Shown here piece by piece: positions 25,214 through 36,868 of a stretch of DNA of 64,000 nucleotides. Source of the stretch: an uncultured cyanobacterium (GTDB taxonomy: Bacteria > Cyanobacteriota > Cyanobacteriia > Cyanobacteriales > CAWCAG01); contig CAWCAG010000009.1 of assembly GCA_963793425.1 (NCBI GenBank), positions 544,001 through 608,000 on the forward strand, written 5' to 3'. The stretch's first letter is position 1; every line of letters starts with the position of its first letter. The notes under the pieces were generated by a model. The model was not told where the DNA came from, made no database searches, and worked only from the letters and a program-made list of their open reading frames with translations. A program made the position numbers and the translations under genes.

Positions 25214-25912
25214 ATGAGTGCCGAAAGATATTCTCAGCTAATTGCCAAAGATGGTTTCTGCATCATTCCTCAATTTCTAACTAAAAAGCAGATTGAAACT
25301 CTCAAGACGGCCTTAAACTTAGTAATTGCTCAAAGAAAGTTACCAAAATACGGTTTACGCCGCCTCTTGGAATTAGTGCCAGAAGTACAGCAAATTTGTA
25401 CCTCAGTAGCGGTTCATTCCTTAGTCGCATCAATAACAGGGAAAAAAGTTATTCCTATACGCAGTCTCTTTTTTGATAAAAATCATCAAGCTAGCTGGAG
25501 TGTTTCTTGGCATCAAGATTTAACTATCGCAGTAAGAAAAAAGATTGAAACGCCAGGTTTTTATCCTTGGTCTATTAAAGCAGGTATTCCCCATGTTCAA
25601 CCTCCCATAGAAATTCTTGAATCAATAATTACTTTACGTTTTCATTTAGACAATGCCAACTGGAGTAATGGCTGTTTACAGCTTATGCCAGGTTCCCATA
25701 AACACGGACTTCTAAACTCTGAAAAGATGCAAAAACTCAAATCCACGGCTATTAACAGTCCTACTTCAGCAGGGGATATTTTGATAATGAAACCTCTATT
25801 AGTTCACAGATCCCAAACCGCCAAACAACCTAGCCACCGTAGAATTATACATATTGAATTCAGTTCAACTCAATTACCAAATAATTTGCAATGGTACTCT
25901 AAGGAATTCTAG
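25214..25912 (+). CDS. Phytanoyl-CoA dioxygenase (PhyH)-family Fe(II)/2OG dioxygenase
   Basis: DGFCII, WHQD, NGCLQLMPGSH, LVHRS and RRIIH motifs. Confidence 0.85.
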   Translation: MSAERYSQLIAKDGFCIIPQFLTKKQIETLKTALNLVIAQRKLPKYGLRRLLELVPEVQQICTSVAVHSLVASITGKKVIPIRSLFFDKNHQASWSVSWHQDLTIAVRKKIETPGFYPWSIKAGIPHVQPPIEILESIITLRFHLDNANWSNGCLQLMPGSHKHGLLNSEKMQKLKSTAINSPTSAGDILIMKPLLVHRSQTAKQPSHRRIIHIEFSSTQLPNNLQWYSKEF

Positions 25913-26153
25913 ATGATGCTGCAACTCGAAGTTGATTGCCGCTTGTTCAGTCCCAGCAAACTTCTTTTTCTACACCAAAGCTATCTTAATTAGTTTGGTT
26001 TGAGCAAAACAAAGTCTGCCCCCCTGTTCTAAAAGTAATCGCTGCTTGGGGTTTGAAAAATATCCCTGAAACAGAAATCCCCCAAAAAGGGGATCAGTCA
26101 GTTTGATATCTATTAGTTAATTCTTGAAAAGATTGTACATTACATCTTTGGCG

Positions 26154-27227
26154 CTATTCTATTCCCAGCTTATCCAGCAAACGTTCAACATCAAAGTGTT
26201 CCTCCATCAAATTTTGGATACACTCAACTTTGATTGGCTCCTGGAAACGTACCTGCCCAAATGCACGATCAGCTATTTCTACGGCAGTTAAAGTATCTTG
26301 ATCTACTGATAAGATTGGTACTTCCAAATCTTCAGCGCGAGAAAGAACAAAATCTTGGGGAGGAACATTTCCTGTCAGAATCAAACAATTGGTGGAAGTT
26401 TCCAAGGCTGCTAATTGGAGATCACTGCGATCGCCTCCAGTAATCACAACCATGTTTCTTCGTTTGCGGAAATACTCTAGGGCTGAATTAACATTCATCG
26501 CACCAATAGTTAAGCTTTCTACCATTAAATCTAAACGATCTTCTCGACAAAGAACCTTTGCATCCAATTGTTGCTTCAATTCCCGAACACTAACGCTACG
26601 CAACAAGCTACTTCTAGGCAAAAGCCCTAAAACCGAAATACCTTGTTCTTCTAAAAACGGCTGAATTAAATCTTGAGTTTTGTCTAACTCATTTGAGGGA
26701 ATATCATTAAGCAAAACCCCCAGCAAAGAATCACCTAGATGCCTCTTGGCCGCTAAAAGACTATCTACCAAATTTTGCTCTTGAAAACGAACTACTAGCA
26801 AAATAGAGGCATCTAAGCTTTGGGATATTTGCAGCAAGGATAAATTAAAGAGATTCCCTTCCCAGAGATTTCCCGGCCCTTCTAAAACAATTGCATCGGC
26901 ATTCAATTCCTTAACATACTGTTTTAAAGAAGCTGTATAGTCCGTTGCGCCCTTACCTACCAAGCGCTTTTCAATGGTATCGGCATCCTGACACAAAAGG
27001 GGTGAACGTATTTGACCCTCTGGCAAATTAAGGGCCTTAACCATAAACTGCACATCTTCTTCCACAAAATCGGTGTAGTCCTGGCTCAAATAAGTTCCCA
27101 AGGGCTTACCGTAGGCTATTTCAACCCCTTTCGATTTAAGCTGCTTAGCCATACCGACGATTGTCGCTGACTTACCGCTGTAAGCTTCTATTGAACCGAT
27201 CAATAAGCACTTGGCTGCTTTTGCCAC
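26154..27227 (-). CDS. Phosphotransacetylase N-terminal-like protein (AAA_26 + DRTGG)
   Basis: YSGKS, YGKPLG, ITGGDRSD and LILTG motifs; no catalytic PTA domain. Confidence 0.85.
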   Translation of the reverse strand: MAKAAKCLLIGSIEAYSGKSATIVGMAKQLKSKGVEIAYGKPLGTYLSQDYTDFVEEDVQFMVKALNLPEGQIRSPLLCQDADTIEKRLVGKGATDYTASLKQYVKELNADAIVLEGPGNLWEGNLFNLSLLQISQSLDASILLVVRFQEQNLVDSLLAAKRHLGDSLLGVLLNDIPSNELDKTQDLIQPFLEEQGISVLGLLPRSSLLRSVSVRELKQQLDAKVLCREDRLDLMVESLTIGAMNVNSALEYFRKRRNMVVITGGDRSDLQLAALETSTNCLILTGNVPPQDFVLSRAEDLEVPILSVDQDTLTAVEIADRAFGQVRFQEPIKVECIQNLMEEHFDVERLLDKLGIE

Positions 27228-27340
27228 GCTTTTAGCTCCTTTTTATCAGCAGGTTTTTATACATAAAATTTATTCCCAGCCTATAGCTTAATCTGTTATT
27301 TCAGATTCAGACAAAGTTGAGAAAAGGGTTGTATAAATTC

Positions 27341-27715
27341 CTACTCTTCAATGCGTAGCAGTTTACGATAGAAAGCGCGGGAAAAATCCACTGTCCGAGA
27401 ACTTTTGAAAGTCATGATCACTTCTAGCAAATAATCTACTAGCTGCGAGTTAGCGATGGTTACTTCGTAACTCAGTTCAGCATTACCATCAAATTGCAAG
27501 CGACAACGGGTCATCTCAGAAGGTAGCTTGGAAACAAACCAACTGGCTACAAATGGTATACTTTCGCCACCTTCAATGCGGCGTTCTCCTTCAAAGGAGC
27601 CTTGTTTATAAAGGCTAATCGCGAAAGGAAGAAGATTGCGCTTGTTCCCTTGGTAATAAGGAGAATAAATACGAACGTCTGCTTTTTCAGCAGGCTTCAA
27701 TTTTTCAATAGACAT
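27341..27715 (-). CDS. ebsA: Type IV pilus biogenesis/secretion protein EbsA
   Basis: YSPYY...LPFAISLY..G..EGERRIEGG..IPFVASW...CRLQFD pattern, recalled as cyanobacterial EbsA. Confidence 0.8.
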   Translation of the reverse strand: MSIEKLKPAEKADVRIYSPYYQGNKRNLLPFAISLYKQGSFEGERRIEGGESIPFVASWFVSKLPSEMTRCRLQFDGNAELSYEVTIANSQLVDYLLEVIMTFKSSRTVDFSRAFYRKLLRIEE

Positions 27716-27782
27716 AAGTGAAATTCGTCAATTTCCCTCAACATTGGCCCTGAAGTTTACACCCTAACATTCAATTTCCCTA

Positions 27783-27955
27783 ATTGCTAGTTGCTAATGG
27801 CTAATAGCTAATAGCTAATAGCTAGTTGCTAATGGCTTACAGGGAATGGAGAATAGTGAATAGTATATTCTGAACTTATTATTACTTCTCCCAGTCACCC
27901 AGTCACCCAGTCACCCAGTCACCTAGTCTCCCCGTCACTCCGTCACCCCGTCTCC
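27783..27955. repeat. Short tandemly repeated (STRR-like) arrays
   Basis: (GCTAATA/GCTAGTT)n at 27783-27836 and (CCCAGTCA/CCCCGTCA)n at about 27890-27955. Confidence 0.85.
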
Positions 27956-27959
27956 TGTT

Positions 27960-30900
27960 ATGCAAATTTCCCCATCACCCATGCCCTATCAAGTAGGGGG
28001 TAGCCTGCCTGTTGATGCTTCTACTTATGTGACAAGGAAAGCTGATACAGAACTTTATAATGCCCTGAAAGCAGGGGAATTTTGTTATGTTTTGAACTCT
28101 CGCCAGAAGGGTAAATCCAGCTTGCGAGTCCAAACTATGGAACGCTTAGAAGCAAAAGGAATTGCTTGTGCTTCTATTGATTTAACTCGCATTGGTAGTC
28201 AAAATATTACCCCAGAACAATGGTATCTAGGAGTTGTGAAAAGCTTGGCCACAGCTTTAAATCTTTCTTTAGCTAAGCGCATTAAATTAGGGCGGTGGTG
28301 GCGAGAAAGAGAGAACTTTTCTCCTTTACAACGGTTCAGCAATTTTTTAGAGGAAGTTCTGTTAGTCGAAGTTAAGCAAAGGGTAGTGATTTTTATTGAT
28401 GAGATTGATAGTACCATTAGCCTTAATTTTTCTGCTGATGATTTCTTTGCTTTGATTCGTGCTTGTTATAACCAAAGGGTTGATAACCCGGAATATAAAC
28501 GCTTAACTTTTACCCTTTTAGGAGTTGCCACCCCCGCAGATTTAATCACTGATAAAAGTCGCACTCCTTTTAATATTGGTCGGGCTATAGAATTAGATGG
28601 TTTTGCTATGCCAGAAGCTATGACTTTAGCAAGAGGCTTGACAGCATATACAGCCAATCCCCAATTGGTAATGAAAGAAATTTTGGCTTGGACGGGGGGG
28701 CAGCCTTTTTTAAGTCAGAAACTTTGTCAGTTAGTTTTTGAATCCAATGAATTTATTCCTAAAAACCAGGAAGCAGAATGGATTGAGGCTTTGGTTAAAA
28801 ATCGCGTTATTAACCATTGGGAGGCACAGGATGAACCGGAACACTTGCAAACCATTCGCGACCGAATTCTCAAGCAAGAAGGCGGGGCCGCGCGGATGTT
28901 GGGGCTGTATCAGCAGATCCTCCAAAAAGGAGAAATCCTTTCTGAGGATAGTTCCGAACAGATGAATTTACGCCTATCTGGTTTAGTAGTGGAAAAGGGG
29001 GGAAAGTTACAAGTCAATAACCCCATTTATAAATACGTTTTTAATCAAAGTTGGGTAGATAAAGAATTAGCTACCTTGCGTCCCTATAGTGAGACTTTGA
29101 ATTCTTGGTTTACTTCTGGTTGTCAGGATGAGTCTCGGTTGTTGCGGGGCAAAGCTTTACAGGATGCCTTAGTTTGGGCAGGGGGCAAAAGCCTAAGTAA
29201 CCAAGATTATGAATTTTTGGGGGCCAGCCAGCAATTAGCTAAGCAGCAAGTACAAATTGATCTTGAAGCACAAATTGCCGCAAATTATATCTTAGCTGAG
29301 GCGGAGAAGAAAGCAAAAAAAAGCATACGTAGAGGTTTAATCGTTTTAGCTATTATTTCTGTGGCTTCTGTTGCTATGGTAATTTGGGGTAAAACCGCTA
29401 TTAGTAAAGGACAAACAGCGCTGAAGCTAGAACAAAAAGCGGTTAATGCCCTCCAGCAATTTGAGAACGAAGAGTTAGAAGCTTTGCTATCAGCGATGAA
29501 AGCAGGGGAAGATTTACAAGAACTAGTAGGAGAAGAAACTCCTTTACAAGAATATCCGGCGATCGCACCCGTATGGGTATTGCAAAGAATTTTGGGAGAA
29601 ATTCACGAACGCAACCAATTGTTAGGGCATACAAGCTTTATCTACGATGTAGATTTTAGTGCTGAGGGTAAGAAGGTTGCGACAATATCTGCTGATGGTA
29701 CTGTCAGGGTTTGGAATTCATCTGGACAGGAATGGAGTGAGTTTCCTGTGAAGGTGGATGAAGCAGAAAATATGACGATGAATCTAAGTTTTAGTCCTGA
29801 TGGCAAGAAATTAATCACTGCTTCAGAGAATGGCATTGCTAGATTATGGGATTTATTAGGGCAAGAATTAGCTATGTTTGTTGGGCATCAAGGGCAAGTT
29901 TGGAATGTTAGTTTTAGCCCCGATGGTCAGAAGGTTGCTACCAGTAGTCAGGATGGGACAGCAAGGTTATGGGATTTATCAGGGCGAGAAATAACCAAAT
30001 TTGTTGGCCATACCAATCATGTTTGGTGTGTTGAATTTAGTCCTGATGGTAATTATTTAGCTACTGCTGGGGAAGATGGTACAGCAAGGTTATGGGATTT
30101 ATCGGGGCGGGAACTAACTAAATTTGCCGGCCATGACAAACAAATTTTTAGCCTCAGTTTTAGTCCTGATGGGCAAACTATCGCTACTACAGGGTTGGAT
30201 GGTACGGTGCGATTGTGGAATCTTGCTGGGCAACAGTTGGCCCTATGGCAAGGTAGTGGGGATTGGCTTTTTGCCATTGAATTTAGCCCTAATGGTAAGT
30301 ATTTAGCAGCAGCGGGGGCCGATAGTACAATCAGGATTTGGGATACTTCTGGACAACTCTTAGGAGAGTTACGGGGTCATACTAATTGGATCTATGGCTT
30401 AAGTTTTAGTCCTGATGGCAAAAACTTGGTTACAGCAGGACAAGACGGTACAGCCCGGATCTGGGATCTCAATAATACTTTTTTCTCTTCTTCCTACCAA
30501 CAAGAAGCTGAGTGGCAAGGAGAAGAAAATGAGTTGTGGGCAGTGAATTTTAGCCCTCAAGGTAAGTTACTCGCCTCAGCGGGGGAAGGAAATACAGCCA
30601 AGATTTGGAACTATTCTGGGGAGATGATCACGGAGTTGAAAGGCCATCCTAGTTGGATTTATGGCTTGAGTTTTAGCCCTGATGGTGAAAGTATTGCTAC
30701 TGCTGGTAAGGATGGAACGGTGAGGCTTTGGAATTTATCCGGGAAGCAATTAAATAAGTTTAGGATTGGCCGTCGCAAAATCTATAGCGTTGGGTTTAGT
30801 CCTGATGGTAAGTATTTGGCAGCGGCAGGGGAAGGTAGTGCCGTTTACCTTTGGAATCTGGCGGCAAAAAGGCAGATTAAACTTGAAGCCCATAAAGGGA

Positions 30901-31454
30901 TAGTGAATTGGGTCAGTTTTAGCCCCGATGGGGAAACTATAGCTACCGCAGGACAAGATGGTACTATACGCCTTTGGAATTTGTTGGGGGAGGAGTTACA
31001 CCGATTTGGGGATGGTAAGAATGAAGTTTCTAGTGTTAGTTTTAGTCCCAATGGCAAACGCTTAGTTACTACTACGGTAGATAATAAGGTGAAGTTGTGG
31101 AAGTCTTCTGGGCAAAAGCTCAATGAATTTAATACCCATCAAGGTGGAGTTTTGAATGCTAATTTCAGTCCTGATGGGCAGTTTGTTGCGATCGCAGGGC
31201 AAGATGGTACTGTGCAACTAAGATCGGTTTCTGGGATTTCCGGACAACAAATTGCTGAATTTAAAGGCCATGAAGGGAGAGTTTACAGCACTAGTTTTAG
31301 TCCGAATGGTAAGTATTTAGCCACCGCAGGTAAGGATGGCATGGTGCGTTTATGGCGTGTAGAAAAATTGGACGAGATGCTTGAACGAGGTTGTGAGTGG
31401 TTGGAAGATTACCAAGCTAACCATCCCAATCGAGATAAAATTTGTTCTAAATAA
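27960..31454 (+). CDS. AAA_35 (STAND-like) NTPase with TM segment and about 14 WD40 repeats
   Basis: [26 protein letters not shown] and WTGGQPFL; repeated FSPDG..ATAG.DGT.RLW. Confidence 0.9.
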   Translation: MQISPSPMPYQVGGSLPVDASTYVTRKADTELYNALKAGEFCYVLNSRQKGKSSLRVQTMERLEAKGIACASIDLTRIGSQNITPEQWYLGVVKSLATALNLSLAKRIKLGRWWRERENFSPLQRFSNFLEEVLLVEVKQRVVIFIDEIDSTISLNFSADDFFALIRACYNQRVDNPEYKRLTFTLLGVATPADLITDKSRTPFNIGRAIELDGFAMPEAMTLARGLTAYTANPQLVMKEILAWTGGQPFLSQKLCQLVFESNEFIPKNQEAEWIEALVKNRVINHWEAQDEPEHLQTIRDRILKQEGGAARMLGLYQQILQKGEILSEDSSEQMNLRLSGLVVEKGGKLQVNNPIYKYVFNQSWVDKELATLRPYSETLNSWFTSGCQDESRLLRGKALQDALVWAGGKSLSNQDYEFLGASQQLAKQQVQIDLEAQIAANYILAEAEKKAKKSIRRGLIVLAIISVASVAMVIWGKTAISKGQTALKLEQKAVNALQQFENEELEALLSAMKAGEDLQELVGEETPLQEYPAIAPVWVLQRILGEIHERNQLLGHTSFIYDVDFSAEGKKVATISADGTVRVWNSSGQEWSEFPVKVDEAENMTMNLSFSPDGKKLITASENGIARLWDLLGQELAMFVGHQGQVWNVSFSPDGQKVATSSQDGTARLWDLSGREITKFVGHTNHVWCVEFSPDGNYLATAGEDGTARLWDLSGRELTKFAGHDKQIFSLSFSPDGQTIATTGLDGTVRLWNLAGQQLALWQGSGDWLFAIEFSPNGKYLAAAGADSTIRIWDTSGQLLGELRGHTNWIYGLSFSPDGKNLVTAGQDGTARIWDLNNTFFSSSYQQEAEWQGEENELWAVNFSPQGKLLASAGEGNTAKIWNYSGEMITELKGHPSWIYGLSFSPDGESIATAGKDGTVRLWNLSGKQLNKFRIGRRKIYSVGFSPDGKYLAAAGEGSAVYLWNLAAKRQIKLEAHKGIVNWVSFSPDGETIATAGQDGTIRLWNLLGEELHRFGDGKNEVSSVSFSPNGKRLVTTTVDNKVKLWKSSGQKLNEFNTHQGGVLNANFSPDGQFVAIAGQDGTVQLRSVSGISGQQIAEFKGHEGRVYSTSFSPNGKYLATAGKDGMVRLWRVEKLDEMLERGCEWLEDYQANHPNRDKICSK

Positions 31455-31503
31455 GCAATATTGTCAAACATTGAATATTAAAGATTTCTTCTTCTTGTGT
31501 CTT

Positions 31504-32439
31504 TCAAGCTGAATAATTATCAATTGTCAAACAGATTTCAATGGTTTTGATTACTGATTCAGCTAGAGTCTCTAGATCGTAACCTCCTTCTAAACCAAAA
31601 AGAATATTTTTAGTGATTCCTAAGCAATAGTGAGTAAATAACTGATAATCTTGAGGTTGTAAAGAAATACTGGCTAAGGGGTCTGCATGATTAGCATCAT
31701 AACCAGCACTAATTATTAATAAATCTGGTTGAAAATCTCTTAAAAAAGGTACAACTTTATTCTCAAAAATAGGCAGATATTGTTGTATCGTGCTTCCTGG
31801 TTTCATAGGCAAATTAAGGACATTATTGTATTTTCCTTTCTCCTCAGCTTTTCCTGTACCGGGGTAACAAGGATATTGATGCAGAGAACAGTAAATAATT
31901 TGAGGATTACTCTCAACAATTGCTTGAGTACCATTACCATGATGTACGTCCCAATCTAAGATAGCGACGCGGTTACATCCCTTTTTTTCTAAGGCATAAT
32001 AAGCAGCGATCGCAGCATTAGAAAATAGGCAAAATCCCATGCCTGTACTTTGTTCGGCGTGATGTCCAGGGGGGCGAGAGAGAACAAAAGCAGGGCTATT
32101 ACTATTAGTAACTGAATCTACCCCATCTAACCAAGCACTAACAGCAAGTAAAGCGATATTATAGCTGTGAGGAGAGATGGTTGTATCAGCATCTAATCTT
32201 CCTCCCCCTTCCTGAGCAATTGCTTGAACTAAATTAATATATTGCTGATCCTGTACCCTTTGAATAGCTATTAAAACATCTCTCTTAGTTATAGAAGTAG
32301 GAAGTTGCCAAGTTATTTTGTCTGCCCAATCAACTTGTTTCAAAGCCTTAACAATAGCTGTTAAACGTTGAGGACTTTCCGGGTGAAGTCTACCAGTTTT
32401 GTGTTCAAGGGATTCGTCAGAATAAATAACAGGAAACAT
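31504..32439 (-). CDS. Histone deacetylase family protein
   Basis: HPESPQRL, RPPGHHA, GFCLFSN, DWDVHHGNGTQ, SAGYDA and LEGGY motifs. Confidence 0.93.
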   Translation of the reverse strand: MFPVIYSDESLEHKTGRLHPESPQRLTAIVKALKQVDWADKITWQLPTSITKRDVLIAIQRVQDQQYINLVQAIAQEGGGRLDADTTISPHSYNIALLAVSAWLDGVDSVTNSNSPAFVLSRPPGHHAEQSTGMGFCLFSNAAIAAYYALEKKGCNRVAILDWDVHHGNGTQAIVESNPQIIYCSLHQYPCYPGTGKAEEKGKYNNVLNLPMKPGSTIQQYLPIFENKVVPFLRDFQPDLLIISAGYDANHADPLASISLQPQDYQLFTHYCLGITKNILFGLEGGYDLETLAESVIKTIEICLTIDNYSA

Positions 32440-32517
32440 TTTAAGAAGAGATTAGAGAGTAGGCAGCAAGGGTTAGAGATTTTAAACAAAGATGATAAAT
32501 GTTTAATGATGAATGAA

Positions 32518-33393
32518 ATGTTGTTTTCAGAATTTGAAGAAATTATTATCACCACCAGCCAAGCAAAAATTAACCTGCGTAAAGGGGGAGAAGGGCCTCC
32601 TTTATTATTACTCCATGGTTATCCCCAAACTCATTTTATGTGGCATAAAATTGCCCCTCTTTTAGCAGAGAATTTTACCGTTATTGCCACCGATTTACGA
32701 GGTTATGGCGACAGTTCTAAACCACAAGGTTGCTCAGATCATAGTAATTATTCTAAACGAGCCTTAGCCCAAGACCAAGTTGAGGTAATGACTCAATTAG
32801 GTTATGAGCAATTCTACTTGGCAGCCCACGATCGCGGGGCAAGAGTAGCCCATCGTCTAGCCTTGGATTATCCCCAGTCGGTACAGAAATTAGCTCTTTT
32901 AGACATTGCCCCTACCTACGAAATGTATACTACCGCCGACCAGGAATTCGCTACTGCTTATTATCACTGGTTTTTCTTGATTCAACCCTACGACTTACCA
33001 GAAAGATTAATTGCTGCTAACTCAGAATATTATCTCCATGCTTGCTTGCAAAATTGGAGCAAAGATTTTACAGCTTTCACTCCCCAAGCTTTAGGAGAAT
33101 ATCAACGCTGTTTTAGCGATCGCGCAGCTATTCACGGCAGTTGCGAAGACTACCGTGCTTCCGCTACCATCGATCTACGCCACGATCAAGAGGATCTAGA
33201 TAGTAAGATAACCTGTCCTCTGCTTGTGTTGTGGGGCGGGCTAGGCATCGTCGGACGTAAATATGATGTTTTGAGGATGTGGCAAAAAAGAGCTTTCAAA
33301 GTAGCAGGGAAAGCGTTCAATTGCGGTCACTTTTTACCAGAAGAGGCCCCCCAAGAAACCTATCTTGCCTTACAAGGGTTTTTGGACGATTAG
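32518..33393 (+). CDS. Haloacetate/fluoroacetate dehalogenase-like alpha/beta hydrolase
   Basis: LHGYPQT, HDRGARV, YYHWFF, CEDYRA and GHFLPEE; start moved downstream to avoid overlap with the HDAC gene. Confidence 0.85.
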   Translation: MLFSEFEEIIITTSQAKINLRKGGEGPPLLLLHGYPQTHFMWHKIAPLLAENFTVIATDLRGYGDSSKPQGCSDHSNYSKRALAQDQVEVMTQLGYEQFYLAAHDRGARVAHRLALDYPQSVQKLALLDIAPTYEMYTTADQEFATAYYHWFFLIQPYDLPERLIAANSEYYLHACLQNWSKDFTAFTPQALGEYQRCFSDRAAIHGSCEDYRASATIDLRHDQEDLDSKITCPLLVLWGGLGIVGRKYDVLRMWQKRAFKVAGKAFNCGHFLPEEAPQETYLALQGFLDD

Positions 33394-33525
33394 CTACTGA
33401 AAATAATGTTAAGTTTATTCAAAGAACTGATTATCTAGATACGTTTTTTTTTAGGATATTTATAGATATTAAATCTTAAGTCAACTCTTCCTAAAATTTC
33501 TGCTTAGTTATTTATTCCCTATTAT

Positions 33526-33978
33526 TTGAAAATGAGTCGGTTGCTCTACGAAAAATCCTTGTCTTATCAAGGCCATCTTATCATCCCCTTTGTTTTCACT
33601 CGCGCAGCTTGGGAGAATATTTACTCCTATGCTTTACTTTCTGAACGAGGATATAAAGGCGAATTTCATAAAGCGGAGAATCCTGCCAAACTTTATTCTA
33701 GCAATATAACTGAAATAACTGATATCGCTAAAGAATATTTACAGGAAACCACAGAAGAAAGTAGGGATTTTGATTATTTTCAAAACCGCTATACTTATCA
33801 AGATAATTTAATTATCATTCATCAACAGGCAGGTAAATGTTTTTATGATCATTATCCTCCCCAAGAAATTAGGAATGTCGCCGCCCCCAAAATTTTCTTT
33901 ACCCCTCACGAATGCTTAACTTGGGTTAAACAAGGATTGGATAAGAAAAATAGAAAAGTAGGAAAAGTTAGTCATTAA
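33526..33978 (+). CDS. Hypothetical protein
   Basis: 150-aa ORF filling the intergenic space; two similar Y.YQ..LII segments. Confidence 0.65.
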   Translation: MKMSRLLYEKSLSYQGHLIIPFVFTRAAWENIYSYALLSERGYKGEFHKAENPAKLYSSNITEITDIAKEYLQETTEESRDFDYFQNRYTYQDNLIIIHQQAGKCFYDHYPPQEIRNVAAPKIFFTPHECLTWVKQGLDKKNRKVGKVSH

Positions 33979-34049
33979 TGACAGAGAGGGGGAGATGGGG
34001 AAAGTAATAAGTAATAAGTGAGGAATGTACTATTACCTATTACCTATTC

Positions 34050-36868
34050 CTAAACCATCGTTGCCGAAGCCTGTTGAGGCTGGGGTTGGAACTGGAAGAG
34101 AGAATAAACGACATTGCGGCGAATATCCGTCATGGTTTCTAAGAACATTTCATATCCTTCTTGCTTATACTCAATTAAAGGATCTTTTTGCCCGTAACCT
34201 CGTAAACCAATAGATTCCCGTAAAGCATCCATCGCTTGTAAGTGTTCTCGCCAGAGGGTGTCAATTTGTTGCAAGATAAAGAAACGTTCTGCTTCTCGCA
34301 TTAATCCCGGCTTGATTTTTTCTACCTGTGCCTCTTTCAGGTCGTAAGCTTTACGGACTTCTTCGCGCAAAAATGTCTTAATTGCTCCCACAGGCATATC
34401 TTCGAGATCCTCTGGTTGCAAATCTTCTAATAGGTAAATAAATTCCTGCGCCTTAGAAACAATTTTGTCGAGTTCCCATTCTTCTGATGGTAAGTCGGGA
34501 TTAATGAAAACATCGACAATATCACTCATTGTTTGTTCAGCGTAGGCAATCACCTGTTCTTTTAAATCTAGCCCTTCTAAAACCCGACGGCGTTCGGCAT
34601 AAATAGCCCGACGTTGGTTATTCATCACCTCGTCGTATTCAAACACCTGTTTCCTAGTATCGTAATAAAAAGTTTCTACCTTCTTTTGCGCTCCTTCTAA
34701 AGAACGGGTGAGCATTTTTGACTCAATAGGCATATCCTCTTCTACTCGGAAAGCATTCATCAAACCTGCCACGCGATCGCCCCCAAAAATGCGGAGGAGG
34801 TTATCTCCCAGGCTAAGGAAAAATTTAGTTGAACCAGGATCACCTTGCCTTCCTGCCCTTCCCCTTAATTGATTGTCAATGCGACGGGACTCATGGCGTT
34901 CTGTACCAATGACATGAAGCCCACCCCGTTGTACAACTTCGTTATGCTCTTGGGTGGTAAACCCTTCGTATTGCTGACTAATCGCTTTATACACTTCCCG
35001 CAGCTTAATTAAAACTGAGTCTTCAAGAGGGGCATTTTCTGCTGCTACAGCAATTTTTTCTTCTACTTCCAACTCGGGCAAACTTTGTAAACCATACTTT
35101 TCTACAGCGAAATCAACAGCTTCTTTAAGCAAAGCTTCTGTTTCTGTAGAAAGTTGAGTGGGATAAATTTGCGGGGATACGCGCCAACTTTTTTTCTTAG
35201 TCGCTTCCCCAAAACCTTGGGAACGGCTGCGAGATTGCTTTGCCGCTGCTGGCATAGCTACCAAGGCGTTATCATCTTCAGGTTGAACAATTTTGGGCAT
35301 CAAATATTCCCGAATCTTCAACCTCGCCATATAATCAGCATTACCCCCCAAGATAATGTCTGTACCTCGCCCTGCCATGTTGGTGGCGATGGTTACCCCT
35401 CCTTTGCGTCCTGCTTGGGCAATAATTTCTGATTCTCGTTCTACGTTCTCTGGTCTAGCGTTGAGGAGGTTATGGGGAATATTTTTTTCTTGTAATAAAC
35501 GAGAGAGGACTTCCGATTTTTCTACGCTAGTTGTTCCGACCAAAACTGGTCTACCCAACTCGTGCATTTCTGCACATTCAGATGCTACAGAATCCCATTT
35601 AGCTGGTTCAGTCTTATAAACTACATCTGCTAAATCTTGCCTTTGGGTAGGCAAGTTGGTAGGCATGATCGTAACTTGAAGGTTATAAACCTTCTCGAAT
35701 TCCGCTTCCTCTGTCTTGGCTGTTCCTGTCATCCCTGCTAATTTGGGATAAAGCAGGAAGAAGTTTTGATAGGTAATGGTGGCTAAGGTTTGGGTTTCAT
35801 TTTGAATCTCTACTCCTTCCTTGGCTTCAATAGCTTGGTGTAAGCCATCACTCCAACGTCTACCGGATAAAACCCGACCAGTAAATTCATCAACGATCAC
35901 CACTTCGTCATTACGGACAATATAGTTAACATCTGGGGTAAATAGTTCTTTTGCTTTAATCGCATTAAATATATAATGGGCCCAAGGGTTTTCGGGATCG
36001 TAGAGGTCGTTAACTCCCAAAAGCCTTTCTGCGCTAGCAAAACCCTCATCAGTCATCAAAACATTACGGGCTTTCTCATCAACTTCATAATCTCCTGCCC
36101 CTCTTCTTCTTCTTGCTTAACTAATTGGGCTGCTACTTGGGCTGCCCCCAAATACTTTTCTGTAGGGCGTTCCACTTGCCCAGAAATAATCAATGGTGTC
36201 CGTGCTTCATCAATTAAAATTGAATCCACCTCATCAATGATGCAATAGTTGAAAGGACACTGCACCACATCAACCATAGATGTGGCCATGTTATCTCGTA
36301 AATAATCAAAACCTAACTCGCTGTTAGTAGCGTAGGTAACGTCGCAAGCATAGTTCTTTTTGCGTTCAGTGGGACTCATTCCTGATTGGATTAAACCCAC
36401 GCTCAAACCCAAGAAGCGGTGAACTTGCCCCATCCACTCCGCATCCCGACGGGCCAAATAATCGTTAACCGTAACGATATGTACTCCCTTACCAGTTAAA
36501 CCGTTTAAATAAGCTGGTAGAGTCGCTACGAGGGTTTTTCCTTCCCCGGTTCTCATTTCGGCAATTTGACCTTTATGGAGGAAGATACCCCCCAATAACT
36601 GTACGTCATAGTGACGCATTCCTAAGACGCGTACCGCCGCTTCTCTAACTACAGCGAAGGCTTCTGGCAAGATATCATCAAGAATCTCTGCCCTTTCCTG
36701 GTCATTATTAGCTTCGCTTATTTTTTGTTGAAATTCTTTGGTTTTCCCCTTCAGTTCTTCATCAGAAAGAGCTTTAATATCTTCTTCAAAAATATTAATC
36801 TCAGTTACTAAAGGCTGATATTTTTTTAGTTTCCGGGCGTTGGGGTCACCTAGTAATTTTTTAAACAT
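34050..36868 (-). CDS. secA: Preprotein translocase SecA, split by a 1-nt frameshift near 36100
   Basis: [10 protein letters not shown] and [14 protein letters not shown] in the 5' [14 protein letters not shown] and [13 protein letters not shown] in the 3' ORF; adding one G to the GGGG at 36098-36101 joins them. Confidence 0.93.

Noticed and set aside
25913..26150. Possible gene remnant after the PhyH gene
   Set aside because: Only a short ORF (about 26 codons) and a small hairpin (ATCCCC-CAAAAA-GGGGAT); nothing recognisable
27783..27955. Possible CRISPR array
   Set aside because: Contiguous 7-8 bp units without unique spacers; no cas genes in the window
32368..32517. N-terminal extension of the dehalogenase overlapping the HDAC gene
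   Set aside because: Family similarity begins at about MLFSEF (32518); the upstream TTG start is unlikely
36056..36115. Programmed -1 frameshift in secA
   Set aside because: No X_XXY_YYZ slippery heptamer or obvious stimulatory structure; a homopolymer error is simpler
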